From Selaginella moellendorffii (Eukaryota > Plantae > Lycopodiophyta): 64,000 nucleotides of DNA. A program made the translations under genes and the position numbers. Where the stretch lies: contig NW_003314272.1 in NCBI RefSeq assembly GCF_000143415.4, forward strand, positions 654,184 to 718,183, given 5' to 3'. The notes under the pieces were generated by a model that saw nothing but the letters and a program-made list of their open reading frames with translations, was not told the origin of the DNA and ran no database searches. Numbering within the stretch: position 1 is the stretch's first letter; the number at the start of each line of letters is the position of its first letter. Below, in pieces: positions 24,163 to 37,415 of the stretch.

Positions 24163-25240
24163 ATGAAGGCCCTACTTCGCTCAAGGTACGTGTTGTTGAA
24201 TTTCTTTCCTTTAATCTCTCTTCTTTTGTCGGTGTGTGTACAGCGGGAAAACCTGGGGAAGCTTACTATTGGAACTTCAGATGCATATACTATCTTGGTT
24301 ACCAGTTGAAGACATGGTGCGGTTGCATTTGGTTTGCAAACAATGGCCTTCCCTACTACATGATTCAAAGTATTATGGGCCCGAAACAGCCGACATACAT
24401 TCTTATTGCTGCAGCAAGGAATTAACGCACAACTTTTAAAACAGCGAACTCGCTACTACAGGAAGATTTACCTCAGGGTTGGAACTCTTGGCTTACACCG
24501 GAAGGTTCAGAACTATTCTTGTCGTGTGCATCATCAACGAGACATCCGAGACACGTTTCTTAGTTGGGAACCCGCTAACGCACCAATGGGTGACGACCGC
24601 ACCTCCACTTAAATCTTCAGTACAGTGTCGACGGTCGTTCATGCTGATCCCGTACATGAGTGAAGGTTCGATGTTCTTCAGGATTGCCATTGACCCCTAT
24701 TTATTCGACTCCAAAGTGGGGATTTGGACACTTCCTTCCTATCAAACCATCTGGACGTTGTCCTCCAACACGCTGCACATACAAGGAGTGCAATACGGTC
24801 TCGGGTGTTGTGAGCAGCACAGTGCAGTTGTGCTGCTGGAGGTTGATGATCTGGGAGCTCTTAGCGAAGCAAAGTGGTTGTGGGCCTGGGACATGGACAC
24901 ACTTCCGTCTTCTTACCCGTACATGCTCGAAATTGGCGGTGAGATTGGGTTACTCGCTGCAACGAGGTGGTTTTGGTGCTGGACAGGACGAGTGGTAAAG
25001 AATGGAGCTGGAGGAAAGTCTCAACATTACCCAAACACTTGCACAACTTCATGTCTTTGTTTGACAGCAGGATATGCTGTACAAATGGCAATCTTACGTT
25101 TTAAGCGTAGGGATGCAGGTTGTCGTATTTGATTCCCAACGCATGACATGGGAGCTGGTTGGGAAACGTTTGTTGCGTACAATGGAGCTCCTTGTTTGGG
25201 TGCCCGACTTCGCAGCCGTCCCAAATGCTAACACGCCCAA
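24163..25240 (+). pseudogene. F-box protein pseudogene (frameshifted)
   Basis: ATG at 24163, an intron, then F-box LELQMHILSWLPVEDMVRLHLVCKQW. The downstream FLVGNPLTHQW associated domain is in another frame. Confidence 0.75.
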
Positions 25241-26949
25241 TGAGAAGTTGAAGCAAAGTTGTGCCAGCAAGTATTCAGAGGCCAGCTTTGGTATTAGACC
25301 TGCGGCCTGTGGAACGTTCGCAGGTGAAGAGAAGAGTTTTCTGTATATATATGTGCTGATTGATTTCTACTTGTTGAATTTTCTAGAGGTGGAGGCTGTT
25401 TCAAAGCGTGGGATGACATGGCAACAGATTGGAGAGCTCGCCGTTGATCGGAACAAAGGTAACCGTAGCATTTACTTGTGTGTGATTTCCTTGTTGACAA
25501 AGTGTTTGGGCAGGGGGTATATTTAAGCTACATTTGATTGCTTAAATGTGTAAACCGTTACTTCGAGGTTACTTATTTCATTGAGCTCTTGTTTTGTGAT
25601 GGTTGCAAGCTGGAGGTGATTAACTTCTGAATCTCAAGACGATTCCATCCGGCTAATCGATCATACCATGAAAGAATCAGTACAAGGAAAAGTGAAAGAA
25701 ACACAAAAGAAAAAGAGAGAAGAAATTATAGGAAACCTTAATATATACAAATAATGTTAGCTAAAATAAAGCTAAATTGAGCATAGGAACTCTGTGATAT
25801 GTGTCAAATGCCCAAGCTTGCACTCAAAATTTTTGAGTCTTTTTGATCTAGTAAATGAAAATATCATGCTTGTAACAATAATATAAAGGTTATGTAAATG
25901 AATTAATGTGAAAAATATTAAAACGTCATTATAGTACTTATATGATCATACTAGTTCATCATTACATAAATTAATTATTTTCTCATTATTGATCCATGCT
26001 TTGATGTCTATACTTGCAATTAAATTCTGGTTTACAAAAATTAGAAGGTTATCAAGAAGCCAATTAGGATATAGCCCATCATTATCTCGATGTATTTTTA
26101 TTTCACATAACTTTTCATTTTGTAAAGGACATTCTCTAGTATAAGAAAAGAAATCACTATGACATGTTTCAAAATTATTAGAATCATCATCAATATCTAT
26201 AAATTTTAGTATTGTTCCAGAAGAAAATATAAGTGAAATATCAATATTTGCATCTGTTCCTGCATTATTCTCACAACCAGTTTTTATGCCTAGCCCATAT
26301 TTACACTAATAAAAAAATCCATATTAATAGCTAAAATTTTAAAACTTCTCACTCACCTGTAAAAATGCATAGCTATATGAAGAAATAAATGGAAATAAAG
26401 AAACTGCTATACAATATTTAGCCATATAAGGTATAATAATGTCCCAAATTAATGTATAGTATTTCAATTTAGACAGCATTTATTTTAACTTGAGGCATCG
26501 GGTTTTGTCATATAGTGGTTATTGTCCAGTTATATGCACCTAGAGATAGAGAGAGCTTGCCATATGTTAAGACTGGACAATTCATATTTGTGGCTGAGAA
26601 TTAGAAATATTACTCTTGATATTTAAAATAATTTTATTACCACAAGAGTGGTTGGGTGAGGTTTAACTTATCTAAGAGGTATGTATATATGACATTTCAT
26701 GCTCCGAGTTGGATCATTTGAAGCTACCACACACTGAATAAAACTAGATAAATGTATTTTAGAATTAAAATACAATACTAGGGTTATTTATTTGTTGGGC
26801 TCTTAATGTTTATTATTATAGATAAACATGTTTATAATTTATTAAATCCATAATCAAAGTAATTATAATGGCGTAGAATATATTTTTCTTTTACACAGGA
26901 TGTTAAATTTAATATCAATTTCCATACAGTCACACACCCGCTTCTTTGT

Positions 26950-28507
26950 TTAAATTGGCATTCTTTTACCAAGGCACAGCTCCAGCAAGGGACACAGCGA
27001 GCACTTCAATGCATATGCGGTGGAGTCTTTTTGCATCACATATCCTGCTTTGAAATATAAACCTTACAATTGTAAAACGAAAGAAAAGAAGAAATTTACC
27101 CAGCCATGTTGTGAGTAATCCCGTGACTGTCCCAAAAACTGTACCACTCAAAGCACGAGCTCTGCAACCAACCAAGAAAGACATCACGAGAAGCGTTAAC
27201 GAAAAGAGAAAAGAAAGAGAGCAAACTTCTCACATCCAAAGCGTTAGAAGTAGTCCCCAACCTTGAAACAAAGTCCCCCAAGCCGCACCTGTGAACCTGG
27301 AAATCAAACGAAAACTCCGCAAGAGAGAAAAAAAAAAGAAAAAAAAACAGAACGAATAGCGAATGCTAACCACATGAGATCTCTGGTGAATAGAGCCCGA
27401 GGGACGAGAAGTCCATTGCCAATCATGGCCAGCAGAATTGTTAAGGGTGACAAGCCCTTGATGTTCTCGGGGTCGATAAAATTCTGGAACTGCATAGTTC
27501 ATCAAAAAGCCTGTCAATACTCCAGAGATGTGTTTTACATTTTACAGTACCATTTGAGCCACCGGCGTCCACATGAAGAGCAAGGTTGCAGTCCATGCCG
27601 AAAGAGCAACCAAGAAGTCTGACCATTTCTGAGGCAAGAAACCGATAGCATCCTGCAGAATGGAAGACATTGAAATTATTGCAGATAAGCTTCGTGTTAC
27701 CATTGCCACTAAAGTGAGTGTTGCGATACCAGTTATCACGGCTGGAAGAATGGTGTGTGGAATGTGAGGTTCGAACGTAGACCACATCACCTGTAACAGC
27801 ATTATCAAGCAAAAAGAACAAAAAAAAAAAAAAAAAAACAAGAGGAAGAGTACCTGCAAGAGAACGGTCGCGCCACCAACACTGATCACTGCTTCCCAGA
27901 TCTTCCACAACCATTCACGTAGAAGCAGCAGGTAGTTTAAAAGGTTGAGCAGCAAACCAAAGGCCACTGCGATCACTGTTCCAGCCAAAGCCAGGGAAGG
28001 CATTGCGCCTGCTATTCCAAGTTGGATCAAAACCACCAAAGTCGTAAGCACGCCAACCGCTTGAACAGCCATGGCACCTCGCTCACGTCGTCCAGCAAAA
28101 TATGAAAGTAGCGAGAGATTTCCCAGCAAGCTCGTCAATTGTCCCTGCAACAAATACTGTATCTCAGTACCTGTAAGAGACTTTACGTCCGAGGCTACCA
28201 TCCATTGCACTGCTGACAATGCTTCGTAGTTCCCAGCAATCAAGTTCCGAGCGTTGAGAATGATCTGAGGGAGTTGCAGAAAAAGAAACGGTAACGTTGC
28301 AAACTCTGCAAGATGAATGGTAGTAGAGTTCCAACTGAGGAGTAAAAGGCTCTGGCGATCGTCCTCTTCTCCATCATCGCCATCCTGCACGAGGGTAACA
28401 TTTACTCCCTGCAACGATGCAGATGAAAAAACAATCACCTCAAGCTCGCGATAGCTATTGCTGTTGGAAGAGCTTGCCATCAGGAAACTTCGAGGTACAA
28501 CTTGCAT
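26950..28507 (-). CDS. MEX1: Plastid maltose exporter MEX1/RCP1-like, multi-exon
   Basis: LPFLFLQLPQIILNARNL, LGNLSLLSYF, FMWTPVAQM, PENIKGLS..LAMIGNGLLVPRALFTRDLMW; GT-AG introns. Start codon uncertain. Confidence 0.9.
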
Positions 28508-28826
28508 TGATAGACGAGCTTCTGTGCTAAAAGCAAAAAGTTGAAAAAAAGAAAGAAAGTTGGTTAGCAAACGCCGCGTTTGTGATACAATCACGAGAAT
28601 TGAATTGGCATTCATCTTTTTGTGCGGGAAAAGTGTCACCCGAGTCCGTGCAGCAGCAGCAGCAGCAGCAGAACCACCACTTCAGCCGGCACCAAAGTCT
28701 ACACCTTGGCATTGGACAATCTGTACTGTACAAGTACAAGATTGCCAGCCGTCTCAGTCAAATCAGATCCTGCCATGAAGAAACAAAAATGAGCAAGGAA
28801 AACTGAACGCGAAAAGACACCTTACC

Positions 28827-31581
28827 TTAGTTCTGTTGCACAGTTTCTCGGCCTGTTGTCGGCACTAAGTTGCTGTCGTCCCGATCTTGCATAAAACATG
28901 GATTTTCTGTCGTGCTGAAGCCAGCACTCGCCAAAGGTACCGTCTTCCTCTTCCTAGAGTGAGACGATGAGTGACTTGAATTACTGCCGCACCCAGCCCC
29001 GGCACCGCCGTCAGAGTTCGTCTTGACACACTCCAAGCTCTGCTGGTGATTGTGATGGCCATTCAGCTGCGAACTTGCAGGAGAAGGTCGATGAGGAGAC
29101 TCGTAAGTCGCTGGGCTTTGTGTGACAGAGTGGACGTCCCCCAGATCAGCATCTTGATGTAGCAAAGTCAATGAATTCTGCCAGCCGTGGTCGTATAAGA
29201 GGTTGGAATGCAGCTCAATGTTTAGAGCTCTTCTCTTGGAACGTCCAAAAGCACGAGTACTGTCCTTGTTGAACTCGGCAGCTTGACCGGCCCGTGAATG
29301 GTCGAAACTGGAAGCCTGCTGGGAGAAGGACCGCACTTGGTTCATCTCTCTGGAGCCATCGTCACGATCATCTTCAGTTCTCGCCGCTGATCCTGTTGTC
29401 TGCCTCTTTCTTTTGTTACGTCTGCGAGATCTTTCTTTCAGCCTCCTGCTACTCGGCATAATGAGCATCGACGGACTTCCCCGAGACTGCGGTGAGCTAC
29501 TGCTTTCAATCTCCACGGCTTTAGTTCGAACTAGAGCTGAGCTAGGCTGCACCTCTGCTTTCGTAGACTCTTGATATTCCAAAATCGTTCCACCCGAGCT
29601 GAGAGGCGAATCGAGTGCAGCCAGGCCGCATGCCGTAAAAATACTCAGTAAGGCGTAGTGACGAAAGCCGATCACGAGCAGAACGAATATTGGATAGACC
29701 AAAGCTGCTGGAGTCCTGCTTGTTGTGAAGATGACCAATGCGCAAAACATCTGGGTTGTGCAGTAGATCCTTCTTTGACAGAGCGAAGACCGATTACGAC
29801 TGTCAGAAACAGTAAAAAACACTTTGAGCCTCTTGATAGCCTTTAGTTCTTTCAAACACGAGTATGCCATCTGGAGATCACAAACAAGCGCGTAAAAAGA
29901 AGAAAAAATAGCACGAAACATGCCTACCTCGAGAAACATCCCCGCAATCACTCCAAGTGGAATTTTTTCTAGTAAAAGATCGATCCCAGGGACAAACGGT
30001 ATCCCACACAGCATAGAAACGATCATCACAGAGATGCGCTGCGACTTGATGACCTCTTTAGACTTTTGCTGGCCTTCTTCATCACGAACGTTGACGTGAA
30101 AAATTAAAGCACGCTTGTGTGCAATACTCTGTACTAAAAGCAGAATAGCATGTGTGGTTTCTGATGATAAACGAGGAAAGAAAAGGCTACATACCTGTGC
30201 AGAAAGACCATAGCAGAAAGGAATCCCAAAAATACTGCAGGAGCAAACAAGCACGGCTATAATGAAGAGGTCCCAACTCCCTGGCGTCTTTTCCGGAAGA
30301 ACGTAGCCATTTGCATGCTGCCAGGGGCAAAACACGCTTTACCAAAGCGAACAGACGTAACAGAGGCTCACCTTTAACACCACGGAACCCGCGTTGTGAT
30401 CTACAAAGATCATGCAAGCCAGGAGAGCTCCTGGGATGAATGCGAGAAGAATAGCCCACATTGGAACACTCTTCAGCCGGACTAGAGTTCCTAGCCTTGT
30501 AAGATTGTCGGTTCGACAGAGAAAGTCCGGCATGTCCACTCGCTCGAATTGAATGTGCTGAAACTTTGGGAGGAGTGGAAGAACTACAACCAACGGAGCA
30601 ACGAAATGAGTGAGTGAGAAATTGAAAGGAAAAAGAAACAAAAAATTACATACCTGTGAAGACGAGAAATGTTAAAGCGGGACCATAATTCTGGATGAGC
30701 TCACGAGCTTGTCCATTGAGGCACCGCCAGGATTGAGCTCCACTCAGTACCACCGCCAAGACGAGAGTACAGGTAGCAAGCCAGAGTGAGAGTATCGAAG
30801 CCTCCAGTGAGTGAGCAGCAGAAAAGAACCGAACTATCTCCGTAACCCCGATCCAGAGCAGGCTGAACCCGACGAAAAGCCTCAGAATCTCCCAACTAAA
30901 AAATGTAAGATGTGCTGTGAGCCGACAAGCACCGCTGGTAGCGAGGAAGAACAGCAGCAGTGCGCACCACAGTCCGATCCAGGCCAGCCAGGGAAGAAAA
31001 TCTAGCGAAAGTCGCTCGGCAGTCCGAGAAGCAGCGACCATGAAAATTATCGATGGAACACTCACTCCGACGACCATCAGTGGCTGCGTACCAAGGATAC
31101 CCACAGCCAGTCCGCAGAAACATGTCGAGACGAGAACTTCCGTGATGCCGAGACTGCCATGAGTTTCCACTTGCAGCCAGCTCCCAAACGCGATAGCCGG
31201 CAGCAAGCTCGTCCAGAAGATTAAATGCGACGCGAAAATGATCCGGAAGTCGAGACCTCTCGTCCACTGAGTCGCATAAGCAAAGGCAAAGTTCTTCAGT
31301 TTCTTGCAAACCGATCGATCAGCCGGATGCTGGTGATCGCTGTCCAAGCGAAGAATGCTGATAAGCTGTCCCCGGCTGCCACAATGCTGCTCCACAAACG
31401 GTTTTCTCTTCACATCGATTTTTTCCCTGCTCGCTGCTGCAGCGCTTGGGTCGAGAGGACCGGACTTGCCGCTTGCCAAAGTATGGTAAATGACTTTCTT
31501 GCAAAGCTTGATATCGTTGCCTGCTCCTGTTCCTCCCAGCTCCTCAGTAGTCTCGATTTCTGTCGCTGCTACGGTAGCCAT
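28827..31581 (-). CDS. BOR/SLC4 (HCO3-/borate) anion transporter-like with a long Ser-rich C-tail
   Basis: IFWTSLLPAIAFG, LGTQPLMVVGVS, FLPWLAWIGLW, IFVDHN, IPLGVIAGMFL. Possible extra 5' exons up to ~32160. Confidence 0.85.
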
Positions 31582-32393
31582 GGCTCCCACCTCCCCAGAA
31601 AAAGAAGGAAAAAACTTTCCCTGCCGTGTTCCAGTTCCAGAATACTATCCAGTACAACTCCAACTTGAGCCCCTGCGATGGTAGTCACTGCTTAACAAAC
31701 TCTACCTCCGATCATCAGCGAGAGAGCCCAGCAGCATTCCTCTATTCCTCTATTCCTATGCTGTGGAAGTTTAAAGGCCAGCACCGAAGAAACAGTAAAT
31801 CCATTCACAAGCCAGCGCCTCTGCTTTGACTCGGCTTGTATGCTTTGCCCTGGCCTTTGTTTGCCCCATTCATAATAGCGGAGAGAATGAGCCATAAAGG
31901 AAGAGACAAAACCAAGTTTTGGTACCTGTTCTGTGCCAGGAGGATGAGCTCAGCGTAGCAATGCCCGTTCGTTCTTGATCGCTCGCTCTCTCCAAAACCC
32001 TATACCCTAATCCCTCTGCCGTGCTTCCTCCTCACCGAATCGTCAAACCCGAATCAAACGACCTGGTATCCAATGCGCTGCGATGCGATGGCTACCCTGA
32101 CCTGATCTTCGTCCAGCGCCTCCAGCCGCGCCATTGGCGCCATCGCATCAAATGCCGCCATCGTTTTCCGCGCTGCGCCACGCCTGCCCTCTGCTGCGCC
32201 CTCCTGGAAGAGTGAGAGTGTGAAATATTTCCATCGTCGGGCTGGGCGGGAAAGAGATCGACGGCTGGAAATAACGCTAGGGCAACAAACAGCCGTAGCC
32301 TCCATTGAATGCCGATTAAAGCGACCGTATAGTATTTTAAACAGCCCGGGCATTTTCTTTTTTAGGGCTCTTCGATTAGGGTTTATCCGTTCT

Positions 32394-34880
32394 ATGCGAA
32401 AGTGTCCACATCGCTCTGGATTCGTGCTGCATCGAGGCGCGTGGGAGGAGATTCTAGTGCGGGCGCAACGGGCTCTTCGCGGCGATGGCAGCAAGAGATC
32501 GATCTTGCTAGCGGCATTGAAGGCGTGCGGCAATGCGCGGGAGCTCGAGACGGGTACGCTGATCCATGGCGAGATCGAGCCGGAGCGGGGGCTGGATTTG
32601 TGTGTGGCAAACACACTGATCAGCATGTACGCGAAATGCGGGAGGATGGGCGACGCTCGCAGGATTTTCGAGGGGATTCCAGCGCCAGACGTGATCTCGT
32701 GGAACGTTTTGGCGCTCGGGTGTGCCGAGAACGACGAAGAAGAACTGGCTCTGGAATTGCTGGAGAGAATGAAGGATTGCGGGGGCGATGCCCGTCCAAA
32801 TGCAAGAACATTTCTCGCGGCGGTGAAGGCTTGTAGCTCTCTGGCAGGGAAGGAACAGGGAACGCTAGTGAATGGAAAGCTGGTGAAAGTCCGGGCATTA
32901 GAGAAGGGAAGTAGAGTCCATTCTGGAGCAGTGATGGACGCGTTTGTGGCCAACTCTCTCGTGGACATGTACGCAAAGTGTGGAAGCATGGAGAATTCCC
33001 GACAGGTCTTTGACAGGATGCCGGCTCACAGTGTGGTTTCGTGGACTTCTGTGATGCTGGGCTATGCCGAGAACGGCCAGGGGGAGTCGGCTCTAGAACT
33101 CTTCCAACGTATCGTCGACTTGGACGACGACTTCTCCAGCGCAGATGCCTCGATCTTTGTCGCTGCGTTGAAGGCATGCACGAGCTTGGCAGCGAAAGAG
33201 AGTGCCAGGCAAATCGATGGGATCTTCGTCAAGACGTCCGCTCTGGAGAGAGGCATCTTTGTTCACGCCAGAGCGTCCAAGAGCGGCTGGGACCGTGATA
33301 TTTGCGTTGCCAGCACCCTGGTAAACATGTATGCCAAGTGTGGGAGTATGGACAACGCTTGCATGGTTTTCAACAGCATGCCTCGCCACGACACTGTCTC
33401 GTGGACTGCAATGATGATCGGCTATGGCGAGCACGGAGATGGCGAGCTCGTCCTCAAGCTCTTCGAGCAGATGCAGGCTCAAGGTTGTGTTCCGGATTCC
33501 TTTGCTTTTGTTGCTGCTCTAAACGGGTGTATATGTTTGGCAGAGAAAGAAGCCGGCACGCTGATCGACGGAAAGGTTGTCAAAGTCCAATCTGTGGAGA
33601 AAGGCATGGCTATGCACCATCAAGCTAAAAGACATGCCTGCGACTCAAACAGCTTTGTCTCCAACAGCATGATAGATATGTACGTCAAGTGTGGGAGCAT
33701 ACTGGATGCCAGGATAGTCTTTGACAGGATGCTACAGCCTACTGTCGTGTCGTGGAACGCCTTAATGGCAGGGTACGTGGAAAGCGGCGATCTGACACTG
33801 GTCCTCGAGCTTTTTACAGGTATGCAACTCAAAGGTTTCTTACCGGATGCTCTAACTTATGTTTACGTGTTGAAGGCCTGCATTGGATTGGCAGAAGGTG
33901 AGAGCAGCCTGCAGCTGGATGGGAGGAGGATAAAAGTTGAGTCTTTGGAAAGAAGCATGGCTTTACACTCTCGAGCTGCCGCCAGCGGTTTGGATACGGA
34001 CATGTTTGTGGCTGGCTCCTTGATCGACCTTTACGCGAGCTGTGGGAGCATGGCCGACGCTCGCCGCGTTTTCGACAGGTTACCTCTGCATGACGTTGTC
34101 TCTTGGACCGCTCTGATTTCTGGTTATGCAGAAACTGGAGAAGGAGATGTGGCTCTGGAGTTGTTCCGATATATGCGAGGCGCCGGATGCTCTCCAGATG
34201 CTCAGACCTTTGTTGCCGCACTCCAGACCTGTGGCAGCTCCGTGGCCTTGGCATCTGTGAAAGCCATTCATGCGGACAAGCTCAAAGGCGGTCTAGAGAA
34301 CGACGAGTTTTTGGAGACATCACTGGTGGATGCGTACGGGAAATGTGGACGAGCGGTCGAGGCACAGCAGCTGTTTGATGCGCTTCCCCGACTGGATCCA
34401 CCGACCTGGACAAGTCTCATAGCAGGCTACAGCCGCCAGGGAGACAGCAAGAGAGTGATCGAGTTCTTCCACGCGATGCAGCGGGAAGGCTTTCAAGCGG
34501 ACGAGATTACGTTCGTGTGTCTCCTCAGCGCGTGCAGCCATGCCGGTTTCGTGGAGAAGGGGAAGAAGTACTTTGAGCTCATGCTCCCGAGGTACCGGGT
34601 GAGAGCTACTCTGGAACACTACGTGTGCATGATCGACATCTATGGTCGTGCAAACGAGCTGGAGGCCGCGCTAGAGATGCTCCGCAACATGCCGTTCGAA
34701 GCCAATGCCGTTGCTTGGAGGACTCTGCTGGCCGCGTGTGCCAAATGGAACAACATGGTGGTGGCGAAAGTGGCCTTCGATTCTCTAGTGGAGCTGGACC
34801 AGGCAAGCGCTGCGGCTTACTCCTTGATGGGAAACATCTACGGAAGCACAGGCATCAAAACCACGTCGACAAACTGGTAG
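32394..34880 (+). CDS. PLS-class pentatricopeptide repeat protein with E domain, no DYW
   Basis: Intronless ORF with repeated NSLVDMYAKCGS..ARxVFDRM..VVSWT motifs, then LSACSHAG, HYVCMIDIYGR and WRTLLAAC. Confidence 0.95.
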   Translation: MRKCPHRSGFVLHRGAWEEILVRAQRALRGDGSKRSILLAALKACGNARELETGTLIHGEIEPERGLDLCVANTLISMYAKCGRMGDARRIFEGIPAPDVISWNVLALGCAENDEEELALELLERMKDCGGDARPNARTFLAAVKACSSLAGKEQGTLVNGKLVKVRALEKGSRVHSGAVMDAFVANSLVDMYAKCGSMENSRQVFDRMPAHSVVSWTSVMLGYAENGQGESALELFQRIVDLDDDFSSADASIFVAALKACTSLAAKESARQIDGIFVKTSALERGIFVHARASKSGWDRDICVASTLVNMYAKCGSMDNACMVFNSMPRHDTVSWTAMMIGYGEHGDGELVLKLFEQMQAQGCVPDSFAFVAALNGCICLAEKEAGTLIDGKVVKVQSVEKGMAMHHQAKRHACDSNSFVSNSMIDMYVKCGSILDARIVFDRMLQPTVVSWNALMAGYVESGDLTLVLELFTGMQLKGFLPDALTYVYVLKACIGLAEGESSLQLDGRRIKVESLERSMALHSRAAASGLDTDMFVAGSLIDLYASCGSMADARRVFDRLPLHDVVSWTALISGYAETGEGDVALELFRYMRGAGCSPDAQTFVAALQTCGSSVALASVKAIHADKLKGGLENDEFLETSLVDAYGKCGRAVEAQQLFDALPRLDPPTWTSLIAGYSRQGDSKRVIEFFHAMQREGFQADEITFVCLLSACSHAGFVEKGKKYFELMLPRYRVRATLEHYVCMIDIYGRANELEAALEMLRNMPFEANAVAWRTLLAACAKWNNMVVAKVAFDSLVELDQASAAAYSLMGNIYGSTGIKTTSTNW

Positions 34881-35018
34881 AAGAGCTTGAAACTTGTATA
34901 CTCAGAGAACTCACTGTTCTTCCTTTCAGGCTTTCACACAAGAGACACTGCTAAGAAAGAGGATACTGAGAACTCACTGTTCTTCCTTTCAGCTAAGAAA
35001 GGAAATCAGAGGAACAGC

Positions 35019-35611
35019 TTATATCACCGCTGAGCTCTTGATCTTCCAGAAGACAGACATGGCTTGGTCCGCGCTGCCATCCATCGCGATGGCTCCAAAC
35101 AGCGCATGAAACGCCACAGCCAAGACTTTGTCCGACTTTCGATCGACCGGAGCGTCGGCCCTGATGAGCTTGTCGAGGCCGAGGCCAGAGGCGCGGCGTG
35201 CACAGGCCGTGGTGCTGGAGAGGCTGGATGACATGGCCTCGAGCTCTTCTTTGGTGGCATCTCGGTTCTTCGCGAGGTAATGCTTGTAAACGCTGGCCCG
35301 GATGATGCTCACGCCTAGCAAATGCAGGGGGCCATTGTTGTGGCGAGAGTAGGACGAGTGCGTGAGCGCGTCCTGGAGTAACGTGGAGTCGTTGAACTTG
35401 TAGCTGGAGAAACCAAGATGAGAGGTGAGTTAAGTTTTTTTTCTCATATTTTTTCTTACCCCAGTTCGTCTTCCAGGGTGTCTGATGTCTCCTTGAGCTT
35501 GATGGAGATCGCCTGAGAACACTACGCTTGAGAAATAGGGAGGTACTGAAAGTAAAACGAACATACCTGGACGAGTAGCAGTGCCGCGAATACGAACCAA
35601 ACGGTTCTCAT
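35019..35611 (-). CDS. NFD2: RNase III-like protein NUCLEAR FUSION DEFECTIVE 2-like, 3 exons
   Basis: Hydrophobic N-terminus, YKFNDSTLLQDALTHSSYS, FHALFGAIAMD..AMSVFWKI. Confidence 0.8.
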
Positions 35612-35760
35612 TGTAGAATGCAAGAACCCTAGTTACTTCTGCGTCTTCTTTCTGGAGTCGAAAGTTCATGATCTTCGGCGACTACAGTGAGTGTAAATGT
35701 TGTAAACCAAATGTATCAACTTTACCATGATCTAAGATTGAAAGAAGGGACGGCTCAACC

Positions 35761-37340
35761 TTACACAGGGACGCTGTAAACTCTTAAGAACTTGGAAGTG
35801 TCAGCAACGATAAGATTGTCTGATGAGCTCGCTCTTGTTGTCATCCAGTTCACCTGGAATCACATTTTCAAGGAACTGTATTTTCCGAAAGTCTCGTACC
35901 TTTCTATTGTGATTGAGTGAAAGCTTGAGCTCGCAAGCGGTCCAGTTCCAGATTTTAATGCTTGAATCGTTACCACCTGAGATTACTGTCCTTCCAGACT
36001 CGTCAAAACTTGCAAAGTTCCTGCAACGGAGAATCGTTAAACAACATGAAAAATAAGAGAAGAAAACGTAGGGACTTACACATGAGACACTGGTGCCGTA
36101 TGGCCTCCTTGATCCACGTCTAGGCTGCATTTTCTGGCGAGACCCTGCGATGGATCCCTTTTCGCTGGGCCATTAAGATCGTAAACATCTGTCCCGCCAT
36201 CGCCGCGCGCAACAGCCACAGTCCTTCCGAGCTCACCGGAGATTTCCCGCTGTGGGCATGCTAATGCATGCACGAATGGAGGATTGAAGATCTGCTTGGA
36301 TGCATCTGATACACATCCTGGAAAACCAAAGCAAACCTCTTCAAGCCAGCCAGAAACTGATCAGCACTCACCAAGATCAAGAGCAGCAAGCTGTTTTCCT
36401 CGGTTGAAGTCCCACTTGATCATCTTCGAGTCCAGTCCTCCCGTTACCACTGTATAATCCAGTTATAGCAAAAGTTTACAAAACTAAGCTGCTTTACCTT
36501 CCCACGGCCTCTGGGGATGAAACTGCACTGCGCTACAGATCTACGTGACAAGAGTGTGTGAAGAAACCACGCTGCAGAAAGAAATCGTCTCCAATAGATA
36601 CATTTGTATGACCTCGCAAAGCTTTGAACGTCCTGTTGTTCTTAAGGTCCAAGATCTATAAACTTGAAAAGGTCAAGTCTGTGAATGCAAATAAACTTCG
36701 AAGAACAAACCTTGGTCTCTCCGCTATCATCCGAGGCTGCCAAAAACGTAGCCTTTCGATTGACCGCCAGCTGAAAATAAAAGCGTAGATCAGACTTTGA
36801 AACGTGAATTTGAGAATTCACGCTCGACCTGATTGATATCATCTGCATTGATCGTGTGCTTTGCTATGACGTCTGCCGAGGAACCCTTCCATGAAATGAA
36901 GAGAAAGAAACAAAACAAGAGGTCAGTCAAGAATGGAGTTACGAAGAAACATTCGTCGTACCAGCCGAAGGTCGAAACAATAAATGGATGATCCCGCTGC
37001 CGCGTAAACGAGGTTCATATCCACTGCGAGAACAAAAAAAGAAAAGTCAATTATACAAGACGAGGGACTAGAAAGAATTTAACAGCACCTGGATTGTAGC
37101 ACACAGACGGCACAGGCAGTCCATCGAAGAAGGAATATTTCTGACTGGCCTCGTTGCTACCACGCAAATCAAAGACGCACACGCGCCCGTCCTGGAGAGG
37201 ACAATTCCAGAGAAAATTCGATCGCAACACAAAGAAGACAACCTTACCTCGCCGCCGGACACCAATCCAGCTGCCGATCCATCACCGGAGGCGGCAGCGC
37301 AGCAAAGAATTGACGAAGAATGCCCCTTCAAGCGCCGCAT
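35761..37340 (-). CDS. WD40-repeat protein (WDR53-like), multi-exon
   Basis: MRRLKGHSSSILCC, LAASDDSGETK, ISGGNDSSIKIWNW, and C-terminal NLIVADTSKFLRVYSV. Confidence 0.85.
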
Positions 37341-37415
37341 TTCTCGAGAAGAAGCAGCACATAATAATTTAGGGTTTAAGGGTAGAAGAAAAAAATAGAG
37401 AGAGAGGAAAGCAAT

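Noticed and set aside
34898-34992. Short direct repeat (gagaactcactgttcttcctttcag x2), plus microsatellites at ~28651 (CAG), ~38302 (TAG) and ~40801 (CT)
   Set aside because: Ordinary local slippage duplications.
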